Positions 1 to 9,433 of a stretch of 64,000 nt of DNA are shown piece after piece; positions within the stretch are counted from its first letter, which is position 1; the number at the start of each line of letters is the position of its first letter. Source of the stretch: Vulcanimicrobiota bacterium. GTDB lineage: Bacteria > Vulcanimicrobiota > Vulcanimicrobiia > Eremiobacterales > Eremiobacteraceae. The notes below the pieces were generated by a model. That model was given only the letters and a program-made list of their open reading frames with translations. It searched no databases and had not been told where the DNA came from. The position numbers and the translations under genes were made by a program. The stretch lies in NCBI GenBank assembly GCA_963812135.1, contig CAWETU010000001.1, forward strand, positions 544,001 to 608,000, read 5' to 3'.

Positions 1-225
1 TACGAACAGGACGTCGTGCGGCGCGAATTCATGCCGCTCGTCGCCGTTGCGAAACCGCCCGCGGCCTGAGATCACGATGTAGAGCTCGTCGCGATCGTGC
101 GGCTTTTGCGCGTCGCGGCCGCGCGGCGCATAATACTCAAGCTCCATCGTGCCGTGCTTGAGGAGCAATGCGGCCAATCCGCTTGGCGGCGTCGCCGCGG
201 CTTGAGCGACGGTGAAACGGCTCAT
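1..225 (-). CDS. Cupin domain protein (partial, runs off the window start)
   Basis: Not in ORF track. Minus strand reads MSRFTVAQAAATPPSGLAALLLKHGTMELEYYAPRGRDAQKPHDRDELYIVISGRGRFRNGDERHEFAPHDVLFV..., cupin motif 1 (PHxxDExYxVxSG). GGAG 7 nt upstream of ATG 225; alternative ATG at 231. Confidence 0.85.
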   Translation of the reverse strand, partial: MSRFTVAQAAATPPSGLAALLLKHGTMELEYYAPRGRDAQKPHDRDELYIVISGRGRFRNGDERHEFAPHDVLFV

Positions 226-358
226 CTTCATACTCCGAACGCACCCATGGGGCGACGTTCGTCGCGCTCCGGGCGCTTTACCTCAGCGCAGGCGAGCCCC
301 GTCCGCGAAGCGAAAACGTCGAACAGCCCTATAATAAGGATAAAGGACGTTCGATTTC

Positions 359-2050
<1,692 letters not shown>

Positions 2051-2052
2051 GC

Positions 2053-2460
2053 ATGGCGCGACCCATCCGAATCCTCGTCGCCAAAGCCGGGCTTGACGGT
2101 CACGACCGTGGCGCCAAGGTCATCGCGCGGGCGCTGCGCGACGCCGGCTTCGAGGTGATCTACACTGGGTTGCACCAGACGCCGGAGCAAGTCGTCGAGG
2201 CGGCGATCCAAGAGGATGTCGACGGCATAGGACTATCGATTTTGTCCGGCGCGCACGGCACGCTCTTCCCGCGCATCAAGCAGCTGCTGAACGAAGCCGG
2301 CGCGTCCGACATCGTGCTCTTCGGCGGCGGCACGATTCCAAACGAGGACATCCAACCATTGCTCGATGCCGGCGTGGCCGCGGTGTTCACGCCCGGCACG
2401 CCGATCGCGACCATCGTCGACTTCGTGCGCCGCGAATGCGGCAAGCGAGTCGAAGCGTAA
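2053..2460 (+). CDS. icmB: Acyl-CoA mutase cobalamin-binding small subunit
   Basis: DGHDRG (DxHxxG) plus SILSG and GGG motifs; 2 nt after the large subunit. Confidence 0.9.
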   Translation: MARPIRILVAKAGLDGHDRGAKVIARALRDAGFEVIYTGLHQTPEQVVEAAIQEDVDGIGLSILSGAHGTLFPRIKQLLNEAGASDIVLFGGGTIPNEDIQPLLDAGVAAVFTPGTPIATIVDFVRRECGKRVEA

Positions 2461-2474
2461 CGGCAGCTTCGCAC

Positions 2475-3935
2475 GTGGGCGCGAGGCCAGTCCGGGTGCG
2501 CTTCGCACCCAGTCCAACAGGTTTCTTGCATGTCGGCGGCGCGCGCACCGCGCTCTTCAATTGGCTGTTCGCGCGCCACAACGGCGGCGTCTTCGTCCTG
2601 CGCGTCGAGGACACCGACACGGCGCGATATTCCGACGAGTACGTCGACGCGATCTACTCGGCGCTGCGCTGGCTCGGGCTCGACTGGGATGAAGGGCCTG
2701 ACGTCGGCGGACCATTCGGGCCGTATCGGCAGCGGGAGCGCCAGGCGCTTCATGCGGCCGCGGCGCGCGAGCTCGTCACCCGTAACGCCGTCTACGAATG
2801 TTTCTGCGGCCCGAAGCAAGACGACGATACGGCACCGTGCGTGTGCGCGACGCTGAGCGACAGCAAACGAGTGGAGCTGCGAGCGCAGGGGATCAAGCCG
2901 GCACTGCGCATGCGGGTTGACCCACAGCGAGCGGTCGTGGTCGACGACATCGTGCGCGGGCGTGTCGAGTTTCCCGCGGGCACGATTGGCGACTTTGTCA
3001 TCGTCAAGAGTGACGGTGGCCCGTTGTACAATTTCGCGGCGGTCGTCGACGATCACGCGATGGAGATCACGCACGTCATCCGCGGCGAAGAACATCTCGC
3101 CAACACTCCAAAACAATTGCTCATCTATGAGGCGCTGGGCTGGGAGCCGCCGGCCTTCGCCCACATCCCGATCATCCTGAACGAGCAGCGCCGCAAACTC
3201 AGCAAGCGCGACGGCGCGACGTTCGTCAACGAATACGAAGCACTTGGCTACTTGCCCGAAGCGTTGGTGAACTTCTTGGGGTTGCTGGGCTGGTCGCCAG
3301 GCGGCAATCGCGAGTTGATGACCCGCGAGGAGATGATCCGCGATTTCACCATCGAGGGCGTGGTCAAGCATCCGGCGATCTTCGATCACGCCAAGCTCGC
3401 CTGGATGAACAAAGAGTATCTCAAGATGCTGCCGGCGGATGAGCTCGTGCGCCGGGTTGGTGATCTACTGGCGCGCCGGTCACCACCGCTGGATCGAATC
3501 GACCCAGCGCACGTCGCGCGCGTCGCCGCGCTGCTGCAAGAGCGTGCGCACACCATCGGCGATATCGTCGAGCATGGCGCGTATTTCTTCACTCGTGGCC
3601 CGATCGAACTGGCGCCTGAAGCGCTCGCGAAGTATTGCGCGACGCCAGAAGCGTTAGATCGTCTCCGCGAAGTTCACGCCGCCCTCGCAAATGTAGCGGT
3701 CGACTTTACGTCGGCCGAGATAGAAGCCGCGATCCGCGGGCTCGCTGAGCGCACCGGACTAAAAGCTGCGGCCTTCATTCATCCGCTGCGTGTTGCGGTC
3801 ACGGGCCAGGCAGTGAGCCCCGGTATCTTCGAGGTGTGCAGCATTCTCGGCCGCGACGTCACACTTGCGCGCATCGACGCGCTGCTCGAGCGCCTGCAGC
3901 ATCCTAATGCGGTTGGGGCTGAACAAGCGCGATGA
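2475..3935 (+). CDS. gltX: Glutamate--tRNA ligase
   Basis: RFAPSPTGFLHVGGAR (HIGH), RGEEHL, KLSKR, C-terminal anticodon domain (PLRVAVTG..SPG). GTG 2475 chosen over the overlapping ATG 2436. Confidence 0.95.
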   Translation: MGARPVRVRFAPSPTGFLHVGGARTALFNWLFARHNGGVFVLRVEDTDTARYSDEYVDAIYSALRWLGLDWDEGPDVGGPFGPYRQRERQALHAAAARELVTRNAVYECFCGPKQDDDTAPCVCATLSDSKRVELRAQGIKPALRMRVDPQRAVVVDDIVRGRVEFPAGTIGDFVIVKSDGGPLYNFAAVVDDHAMEITHVIRGEEHLANTPKQLLIYEALGWEPPAFAHIPIILNEQRRKLSKRDGATFVNEYEALGYLPEALVNFLGLLGWSPGGNRELMTREEMIRDFTIEGVVKHPAIFDHAKLAWMNKEYLKMLPADELVRRVGDLLARRSPPLDRIDPAHVARVAALLQERAHTIGDIVEHGAYFFTRGPIELAPEALAKYCATPEALDRLREVHAALANVAVDFTSAEIEAAIRGLAERTGLKAAAFIHPLRVAVTGQAVSPGIFEVCSILGRDVTLARIDALLERLQHPNAVGAEQAR

Positions 3936-5299
3936 GCGTACGTGTGAACGCGGTGATCCTAGCGGCCGGTAAAGGCACTCGCATGAAGAGCCGCACACCG
4001 AAAGTCTTGCACGAGCTGTGCGGTAAGACGATGCTCGATCACGTCATCCTCACCGTCGCCAAGGCGGGTGTGGATCCGCAAAAGGTTGCGGTCGTCATCA
4101 GCCCCGAGCTCGAAGATCCGCTTAATAAGCTCTACGCTGGTGGCTTGCACACGGTCGTCCAGAGCCCGCAAAACGGCACCGGCCACGCAGCGCAGCTCGC
4201 GCTCGACGAACTGCCCGGAGACGACCCCGTGCTGATCGTCAACGCCGACATGCCGCTTCTGACCGACCAGTTGTTGAGCGCCGTCATCGAAGTTCGCGCG
4301 CGCGCGAAAGCAGCGGTCGCGATGCTCACCGTCGAGATGGCCGGCTCGACGTTCGGGCGCATCATCCGCAAATCTGGCCGCCCAGTGCGGATCGTCGAAC
4401 ACTCAGATGCGACGCCTGACGAACGGCTGATCACCGAAGTCAACGCCGGCGTGTACTGCTTCGATTCGGCGGCGCTGCGCAAGTATTTGACGAAACTGCA
4501 CGCCAGCAACGCGCAAAAGGAGCTGTACCTTACCGATTGCATCCAACTTGCGGTCGAGTCCGGCGCGTTGGTGGAAGCGGTGACGACGCGAGATCGCGCT
4601 AGCGCGCTCGGCGTGAACACGCTCGCCGAGCTCGCGACGGTGAGGAACGTCATGCGACGGCGTATTCTGCGCCGTCACATGCTTTCCGGCGTGTCTGTCG
4701 TCGATCCGGCAACAACGTATGTCGATGTTGACGCGGACATCGCCCCTGATGCCACGCTGTATCCGCAAACCCATGTGCTCGGCGCAAGTGTCGTCGGCGC
4801 AGGCTCGCGAATCGGTCCGAATACGACGCTGCACAATGCCGCGATCGGGAAAGACGTGACGATTAGCTACTCCGTCGTGCGCGATTCGGCGATTGCGACC
4901 GGTGCGAAGATCGGGCCGTTCGCCCATATCCGCGACGGGTCGCAGATCCAAGAGGAAGCCCGCGTCGGCAACTTCGTCGAGGTCAAGAAGACGAAGCTAG
5001 GGCGCAAGGCGAAGGCAAGCCATCTCACCTATCTGGGCGATGCTGACATCGGCGATGAAGCCAATATCGGCGCGGGCACGATCACTTGCAATTACGACGG
5101 CGTTCGTAAGAACAAGACCAAGGTCGGGCGGCGCGCGTTGATCGGTTCCAATTCATCTCTTGTCGCCCCAGTGGAAATCGGTGATGGAGCATTGACGGGC
5201 GCCGGGTCGGTCGTGACGCACGACGTGCCGGCTGGCGAACGTGTGGCGGGCAACCCAGCACGCTCGTTGCTGAAGAAGGAGCAAACCGAAAAAAGTTGA
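3932..5299 (+). CDS. glmU: Bifunctional UDP-GlcNAc pyrophosphorylase / glucosamine-1-phosphate acetyltransferase
   Basis: LAAGKGTRMKS..PKVLH, ELYLTD, hexapeptide repeats, GNFVEVK, HLTYLGD, GAGTITCNYDG. Confidence 0.97.
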   Translation: MSVRVNAVILAAGKGTRMKSRTPKVLHELCGKTMLDHVILTVAKAGVDPQKVAVVISPELEDPLNKLYAGGLHTVVQSPQNGTGHAAQLALDELPGDDPVLIVNADMPLLTDQLLSAVIEVRARAKAAVAMLTVEMAGSTFGRIIRKSGRPVRIVEHSDATPDERLITEVNAGVYCFDSAALRKYLTKLHASNAQKELYLTDCIQLAVESGALVEAVTTRDRASALGVNTLAELATVRNVMRRRILRRHMLSGVSVVDPATTYVDVDADIAPDATLYPQTHVLGASVVGAGSRIGPNTTLHNAAIGKDVTISYSVVRDSAIATGAKIGPFAHIRDGSQIQEEARVGNFVEVKKTKLGRKAKASHLTYLGDADIGDEANIGAGTITCNYDGVRKNKTKVGRRALIGSNSSLVAPVEIGDGALTGAGSVVTHDVPAGERVAGNPARSLLKKEQTEKS

Positions 5300-6543
5300 C
5301 CCAGGGTGCGAACGGGTCGTATCTTGCCGCGACGATTTTCTTTTTGATCGCCGCCGCGCTCATCATCGCGCAATGCGTGATGATCCTAAGCCTGCGTCGC
5401 CGGGTCATTCGAGCCGAACGCCGCTTCGAGACGCTGCAACAAATCGCGCCCGCGCTCACGGGTGCCGCAGCTGAATCCACGCTTGCCACGTGCGGTCGCA
5501 TCTTAGAGCGAACCTCGCTGCTCGTGCACGCTCAATCATTGTTGTGCTTCTACGTCGAGAATTCTCGTCTGATGCTCGGCGCGCGCTCGGGTTCCGGCTA
5601 CGTCGGCTTCTTGCGCGAGGGCGAAGCCTACGACGGCAATACCATTGCCGACTGGGTGCGACGCGAAGGCAAGCCCGCGATCGTGGGCCCGCGGCCAAGT
5701 TCGCTACCGGCTGAATCCGGCGTCTATGATCTCTCTGGAGAGTCAGCGGCCGGGCGTATCGGCGCGGGGCCGATTGCCGGCAGCCGCGACACGGTGTGGG
5801 GTGTCGCGGTGCCGTTGATGCGAATGGCAGCGCCAAATGAACGCGCGGAGGTCATCGGAGTGCTCTATGCCGATAGGCCTCGCGACGACGCATTTGCCGA
5901 AGACGACGTGAGCACGCTGTTGACCGTCGCGCAGCTCGCGGGTGACGCGCTCGCACGAGCGCTGTTCGCCGACCGCGTTCGCCATGAAGCGACGCGCGAT
6001 CCGCTCACTGGGCTGCTGACACCCGTCGGGTTTCGGAAGCGATTACGCCAGGAAGTCGACGCGCGCCGCGTCGAGACGCGGGTCGCGGCAACGCGCGACG
6101 TCGCTTTGTTCTTCATCGACACCGACCATTTCAAGACTTGGAACGACACGCATGGGCACGCGTCGGGTGACCAATTATTGCGCCGTCTCGCAGCTATGTT
6201 TTCAAAAATCGCGGAGCAGGCGCACGGGTTCGCCGGTCGCAACGGCGGCGATGAATTCTGCATCGCGCTCTTGGACCGGAGCAAAGACGCGTCGATCAAG
6301 CTCGCGCAAGATCTTTGCGCTCAGGTGGCCGATGCGGATTTCCGCGCACTTGCGCCAAACGCCGATTCGCCTGGTGTGCATATCACAGTCAGCATCGGCG
6401 TGGCGCATTTTCCGATGGACATTTCGCCTGACGAACGCCAACCAACGGATCGTCTGCTCGAAGCAGCAGACCAGCGGATGTATGAGGCCAAACACGCTGG
6501 CCGCAATCAAGTCGCGTTTTCGCGCGCACGTCTGCGAGCGTAG
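5296..6543 (+). CDS. Membrane-anchored GAF-GGDEF diguanylate cyclase
   Basis: N-terminal TM helix, GAF-like middle, DPLTGL, DxDHFKxxNDxxGHxxGD, GGDEF. No RxxD I-site. Confidence 0.9.
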   Translation: MTQGANGSYLAATIFFLIAAALIIAQCVMILSLRRRVIRAERRFETLQQIAPALTGAAAESTLATCGRILERTSLLVHAQSLLCFYVENSRLMLGARSGSGYVGFLREGEAYDGNTIADWVRREGKPAIVGPRPSSLPAESGVYDLSGESAAGRIGAGPIAGSRDTVWGVAVPLMRMAAPNERAEVIGVLYADRPRDDAFAEDDVSTLLTVAQLAGDALARALFADRVRHEATRDPLTGLLTPVGFRKRLRQEVDARRVETRVAATRDVALFFIDTDHFKTWNDTHGHASGDQLLRRLAAMFSKIAEQAHGFAGRNGGDEFCIALLDRSKDASIKLAQDLCAQVADADFRALAPNADSPGVHITVSIGVAHFPMDISPDERQPTDRLLEAADQRMYEAKHAGRNQVAFSRARLRA

Positions 6544-6546
6544 AAA

Positions 6547-7068
6547 ATGATCAAATACTTCGCAGCGGTGATCGCCTTCATTTGCATAATGGCTGCTTCA
6601 AGTGCCGCAAAGGCGCTCGCTATCGAAGACCAATCCGCTGGAGACACAATCGGCCCGTTGGTGAACAATCTAGCGGTCTCCGCGAAACTCGACCAGCAAG
6701 TGGTCGATATAGGCGCGCCGGTTGTCGTGACCATTGCTCTTAAGAACTTCGGGCCCCCGATATGCCTTTCACGACTTAATGCGTTTATCGACTACGCTTT
6801 GGCAGGTACTGGTCCGGACAGGTCTCCTATCGCAAGAACCCATGAGCCCGGATTCAGCGGAAGTGTTCCGTCATGCTGGAATATTGGGACGGGCGACGCC
6901 TTACAAACCACAAGGGATCTGAGCAAATTATTTGATTTCAGCATGCCCGGCCGATACACGTTCTGGTTCCAAACCACCGCGCATTTGGAATATCAATGGG
7001 ACGATGCGTATGCGATCTTGCGATCCAATACGGTAGTTCTCGACGTGAAATATCCGTGGACGTTCTAA
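6547..7068 (+). CDS. Hypothetical secreted protein (beta-rich)
   Basis: Signal peptide (MIKYFAAVIAFICIMAASSAAKA); 'FDFSMPGRYTF' strand pattern; lower GC than flanks. Confidence 0.65.
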   Translation: MIKYFAAVIAFICIMAASSAAKALAIEDQSAGDTIGPLVNNLAVSAKLDQQVVDIGAPVVVTIALKNFGPPICLSRLNAFIDYALAGTGPDRSPIARTHEPGFSGSVPSCWNIGTGDALQTTRDLSKLFDFSMPGRYTFWFQTTAHLEYQWDDAYAILRSNTVVLDVKYPWTF

Positions 7069-7078
7069 AGCTCGGTGA

Positions 7079-7507
7079 TTGGTCACATTTGACCGGGAAG
7101 CTACCGTTCGCGCACACGCCGCGATGCAGCGCGGTGGCGCCGATGACTGCGGCTGTAATTCTTGCCGAAACTTCTCGCTCCAAAAGCCGGTGGCTTATCC
7201 GGCTGAGTTCTTGCAGGTGCTCGAGCGGCTGGGTGTCGATCCAACTCGAGAGATCGAAGTCTATTCTTTTGACCGCGAAGATGCACTCGGACAAGAGTAC
7301 CATGGTTGGTTTTACTTTGTCGGCCTCGCAAAGTGCGACGCGGTTGCGGTAGAAGAAGGCGCTTTCACATATTATTTCATGGAGGGGCCCGCATATGCAG
7401 TCCCTGAGTTCGAAGGGCTGCCGGTTTCGCGCGTAGAGTTTGCTTACTTACATTTGCCATGGGCAAACGGTATCACAGCCACAACTCCACCAATCCAAAG
7501 CGAGTAG
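7079..7507 (+). CDS. Hypothetical protein with CGCxxC motif (possible Zn binding)
   Basis: DDCGCNSCRNF, LGVDP, YHGWFYFVG. True start may be GTG 7056 in another frame (see findings). Confidence 0.65.
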   Translation: MVTFDREATVRAHAAMQRGGADDCGCNSCRNFSLQKPVAYPAEFLQVLERLGVDPTREIEVYSFDREDALGQEYHGWFYFVGLAKCDAVAVEEGAFTYYFMEGPAYAVPEFEGLPVSRVEFAYLHLPWANGITATTPPIQSE

Positions 7508-7518
7508 GCGCGAAGAAC

Positions 7519-7546
7519 GCGGCCCCTCGGAGTCTCGAGGGGCCGC
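7519..7546. terminator. Hairpin between convergent genes, probable terminator
   Basis: 11-bp perfect stem GCGGCCCCTCG/CGAGGGGCCGC with 6-nt loop; weak U-tract (GTTCTTC) on minus strand. Confidence 0.7.
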
Positions 7547-7571
7547 ACTTGCCGCTAGCGGGTGATGGAAT

Positions 7572-8048
7572 CTAGCCCTTGATGCCGATGCGCTCGGCTT
7601 TGGGCACTTTCGGTGCCGGTATCATGACCTTCAGGATACCGTACTCGTATTCGGCCTCGACCTTCTTCGGATCGATCGGCTCTGGGAAGCTCAGAGTGCG
7701 TAGGAACTCGCCACGCTGACGTTCGCGGTAGATGTACTGCGGGCGATTTTCTTTCACCAGCTCTTCGCTATGAGCCGTGATCGTAAGCGCTTTACCGCTG
7801 GCCTGGATCTCGATGTTCTCCTTTTTCACTCCAGGGAGCGCGCACTCCACCACATACGTCCCGTCTTTCTGGTAGACGTCGAGGTCGAAGCTGAACGTAG
7901 GCGTGCGAAATGCTGTTTGCGCTGCGGGTAGCCAGCTGAAAAGCGGTTTGAAGCCTTCTCCAAGCCGGGTGAACTCCGCAAATGGGTCAATCGTTTGCAT
8001 TTTTTGCAGTTCGGTCGAACCATTCTCGCCATTAATCATGGTCTTCAT
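7572..8048 (-). CDS. Small heat shock protein (Hsp20/alpha-crystallin)
   Basis: LDVYQ..YVVECALPGV..ENIEI, RERQRGEFLRTLSFP, AEYEYGILKV; strong RBS AAGGAGG before ATG 8048. Confidence 0.93.
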   Translation of the reverse strand: MKTMINGENGSTELQKMQTIDPFAEFTRLGEGFKPLFSWLPAAQTAFRTPTFSFDLDVYQKDGTYVVECALPGVKKENIEIQASGKALTITAHSEELVKENRPQYIYRERQRGEFLRTLSFPEPIDPKKVEAEYEYGILKVMIPAPKVPKAERIGIKG

Positions 8049-8133
8049 GATGGTTCCCTCCTTGCGTTGTTCCGGCCATATCCGGAACTTGACCCAAGCG
8101 TACGCCCGCCGTCGCACCGTAGTTGTGAAAATG

Positions 8134-8628
8134 CTACAGCGAATTGCGACTTTCGGCGCGCTCGATCCGGAAATCATAGCAGCCAGCTTCAGTGTCGCGC
8201 ACATGGATGTAGTCCACATCCGGCCGCGCTAGCAGTCGCTCCACATGAGCGTCGATCGCCCCATTCGTGCCGTACGCTTGTGCGACAAGCCGTCGACCAC
8301 TGCTGTACGCGTTGAAGGTCAATTCGTGTGCGCGCAGGTCCGAAGGGAAGCCCGCCGTTTCCGGGTAGCGCTCGCAGGCACGCGAATGCACGAACACGGG
8401 ACCCGGCAACGGTAGGCGCTCGAGATCCGTAAACGGATCGTACGTGAAGAGGACGCGCGGCTCAGCGCCGACTACGAACTCGCGTAGGCAGTGCCGGCAC
8501 GGTCCGTACCCCTTCGCGACTTCTTCCGAGGCCGGATGGTCGTAGCGCGGCGAGCGCATCGTCGCGCGCACCGTTTCGACGACGTCTGTCGGAATCGCCA
8601 CCACGCGAACACCAAGATTCTCCATCAT
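8134..8628 (-). CDS. DUF1203 domain protein
   Basis: PCRHCL, LFTYDPF..PLPGPVFVH..C, YIHVR...GCY pattern; GGAGG RBS; start overlaps the stop of the upstream microprotein. Confidence 0.8.
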   Translation of the reverse strand: MMENLGVRVVAIPTDVVETVRATMRSPRYDHPASEEVAKGYGPCRHCLREFVVGAEPRVLFTYDPFTDLERLPLPGPVFVHSRACERYPETAGFPSDLRAHELTFNAYSSGRRLVAQAYGTNGAIDAHVERLLARPDVDYIHVRDTEAGCYDFRIERAESRNSL

Positions 8629-8816
8629 CCAAGCCCTCCGAGCAACAACTGGCCGGCGGCGACGAGCGCTCGCCCGAGACGCGTGCGCCAACGTACGAGC
8701 GCCGACGTCGTGTGATGTCGTTGCGCGCGCATCTTCGCGCCGAGCCGATGTCGCGCGATCTCTGCGCTCATCGCTTCATGCTGCTGCCTGACGAGATCCA
8801 ACACATAGCGCTCCAT
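8625..8816 (-). CDS. Small basic helical protein, paralog 2 (63 aa)
   Basis: 24/60 identical in gapless alignment with the 8870-9088 product; ATGA coupling to DUF1203. Confidence 0.75.
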   Translation of the reverse strand: MERYVLDLVRQQHEAMSAEIARHRLGAKMRAQRHHTTSALVRWRTRLGRALVAAGQLLLGGLG

Positions 8817-8869
8817 CGCTGCACACGACTGTATGATAGCCTGCGGCCGCGCTGCGGTTCTATCCGTTT

Positions 8870-9088
8870 TTACCGCAGCGCGTTCGCAGACTCGGACGCG
8901 CGTTCGTCACCCTCGATCACCCGACCGACACCGATGACGATGCGCCCCAAGGCGCGTCGCCAACGAGCGGCGACGCTTGGTCCTGACACGCGCCGTGCAC
9001 GCAATGCGATGCCCAGACGATGGCGCACGATCTCTTCGCGCACCTCATCCTGCCGCTCGCGTACGGCTCGCAACCAATCCCGATCCAT
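8870..9088 (-). CDS. Small basic helical protein, paralog 1 (72 aa)
   Basis: Strong RBS GGAGGTGA before ATG 9088; shares EIxRHRLG..RA.R..RWR..LGR with paralog 2. Confidence 0.8.
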   Translation of the reverse strand: MDRDWLRAVRERQDEVREEIVRHRLGIALRARRVSGPSVAARWRRALGRIVIGVGRVIEGDERASESANALR

Positions 9089-9123
9089 GTTCTCACCTCC
9101 CCTCTTGCCAGCGCGAGAGAGAT

Positions 9124-9160
9124 AAAACAACGAGGCCCCCGCTTAGTGCGGAGGCCTCGT
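9124..9160 (-). terminator. Intrinsic terminator / attenuator
   Basis: Minus RNA ACGAGGCCUCCGC-ACUAA-GCGGGGGCCUCGU then UGUUUU. The one non-WC pair is a G-U wobble only on this strand. Confidence 0.85.
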
Positions 9161-9187
9161 CGGCATCGATTGGGTCTTGCGACCCGC

Positions 9188-9319
9188 TCACACACCGTTA
9201 AGCACATCTCCGCACGGAACGACGCTCTTCACGCTCGCATCGAGTGCAAGCGTGGCGCACAGCTGCGCGATCCCCAGCGGGGTCGCGTTCACTGTCAGCA
9301 GCGTCGTCATGTTGCTCAA
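9188..9319 (-). CDS. Putative attenuator leader peptide (43 aa from TTG 9319, 40 aa from ATG 9310)
   Basis: AAGGAGA RBS 6 nt before TTG; peptide MSNMTTLLTVNATPLGIAQLCATLALDASVKSVVPCGDVLNGV; stop 27 nt before the terminator. Confidence 0.65.
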   Translation of the reverse strand: MSNMTTLLTVNATPLGIAQLCATLALDASVKSVVPCGDVLNGV

Positions 9320-9378
9320 AAAATGTCTCCTTTGCTGTTTTTGCCGAACAAAATTCGGCGGCCACAACACAGATTGCC

Positions 9379-9407
9379 ATGGTAACACGCCTTTGCGAGG
9401 TTGTCAA
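9379..9407 (-). promoter_or_regulatory. Sigma70-type promoter for the leader transcript
   Basis: TTGACA (9407-9402), 17 nt, TACCAT (9384-9379) with TGn extended -10. Confidence 0.8.
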
Positions 9408-9433
9408 ACCCGCGCGCACGAAGCCGCGCGATT

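Noticed and set aside
9374..9385. Near-palindrome TTGCCATGGTAA as an operator
   Set aside because: It coincides with the -10 element of the leader promoter; no independent support.
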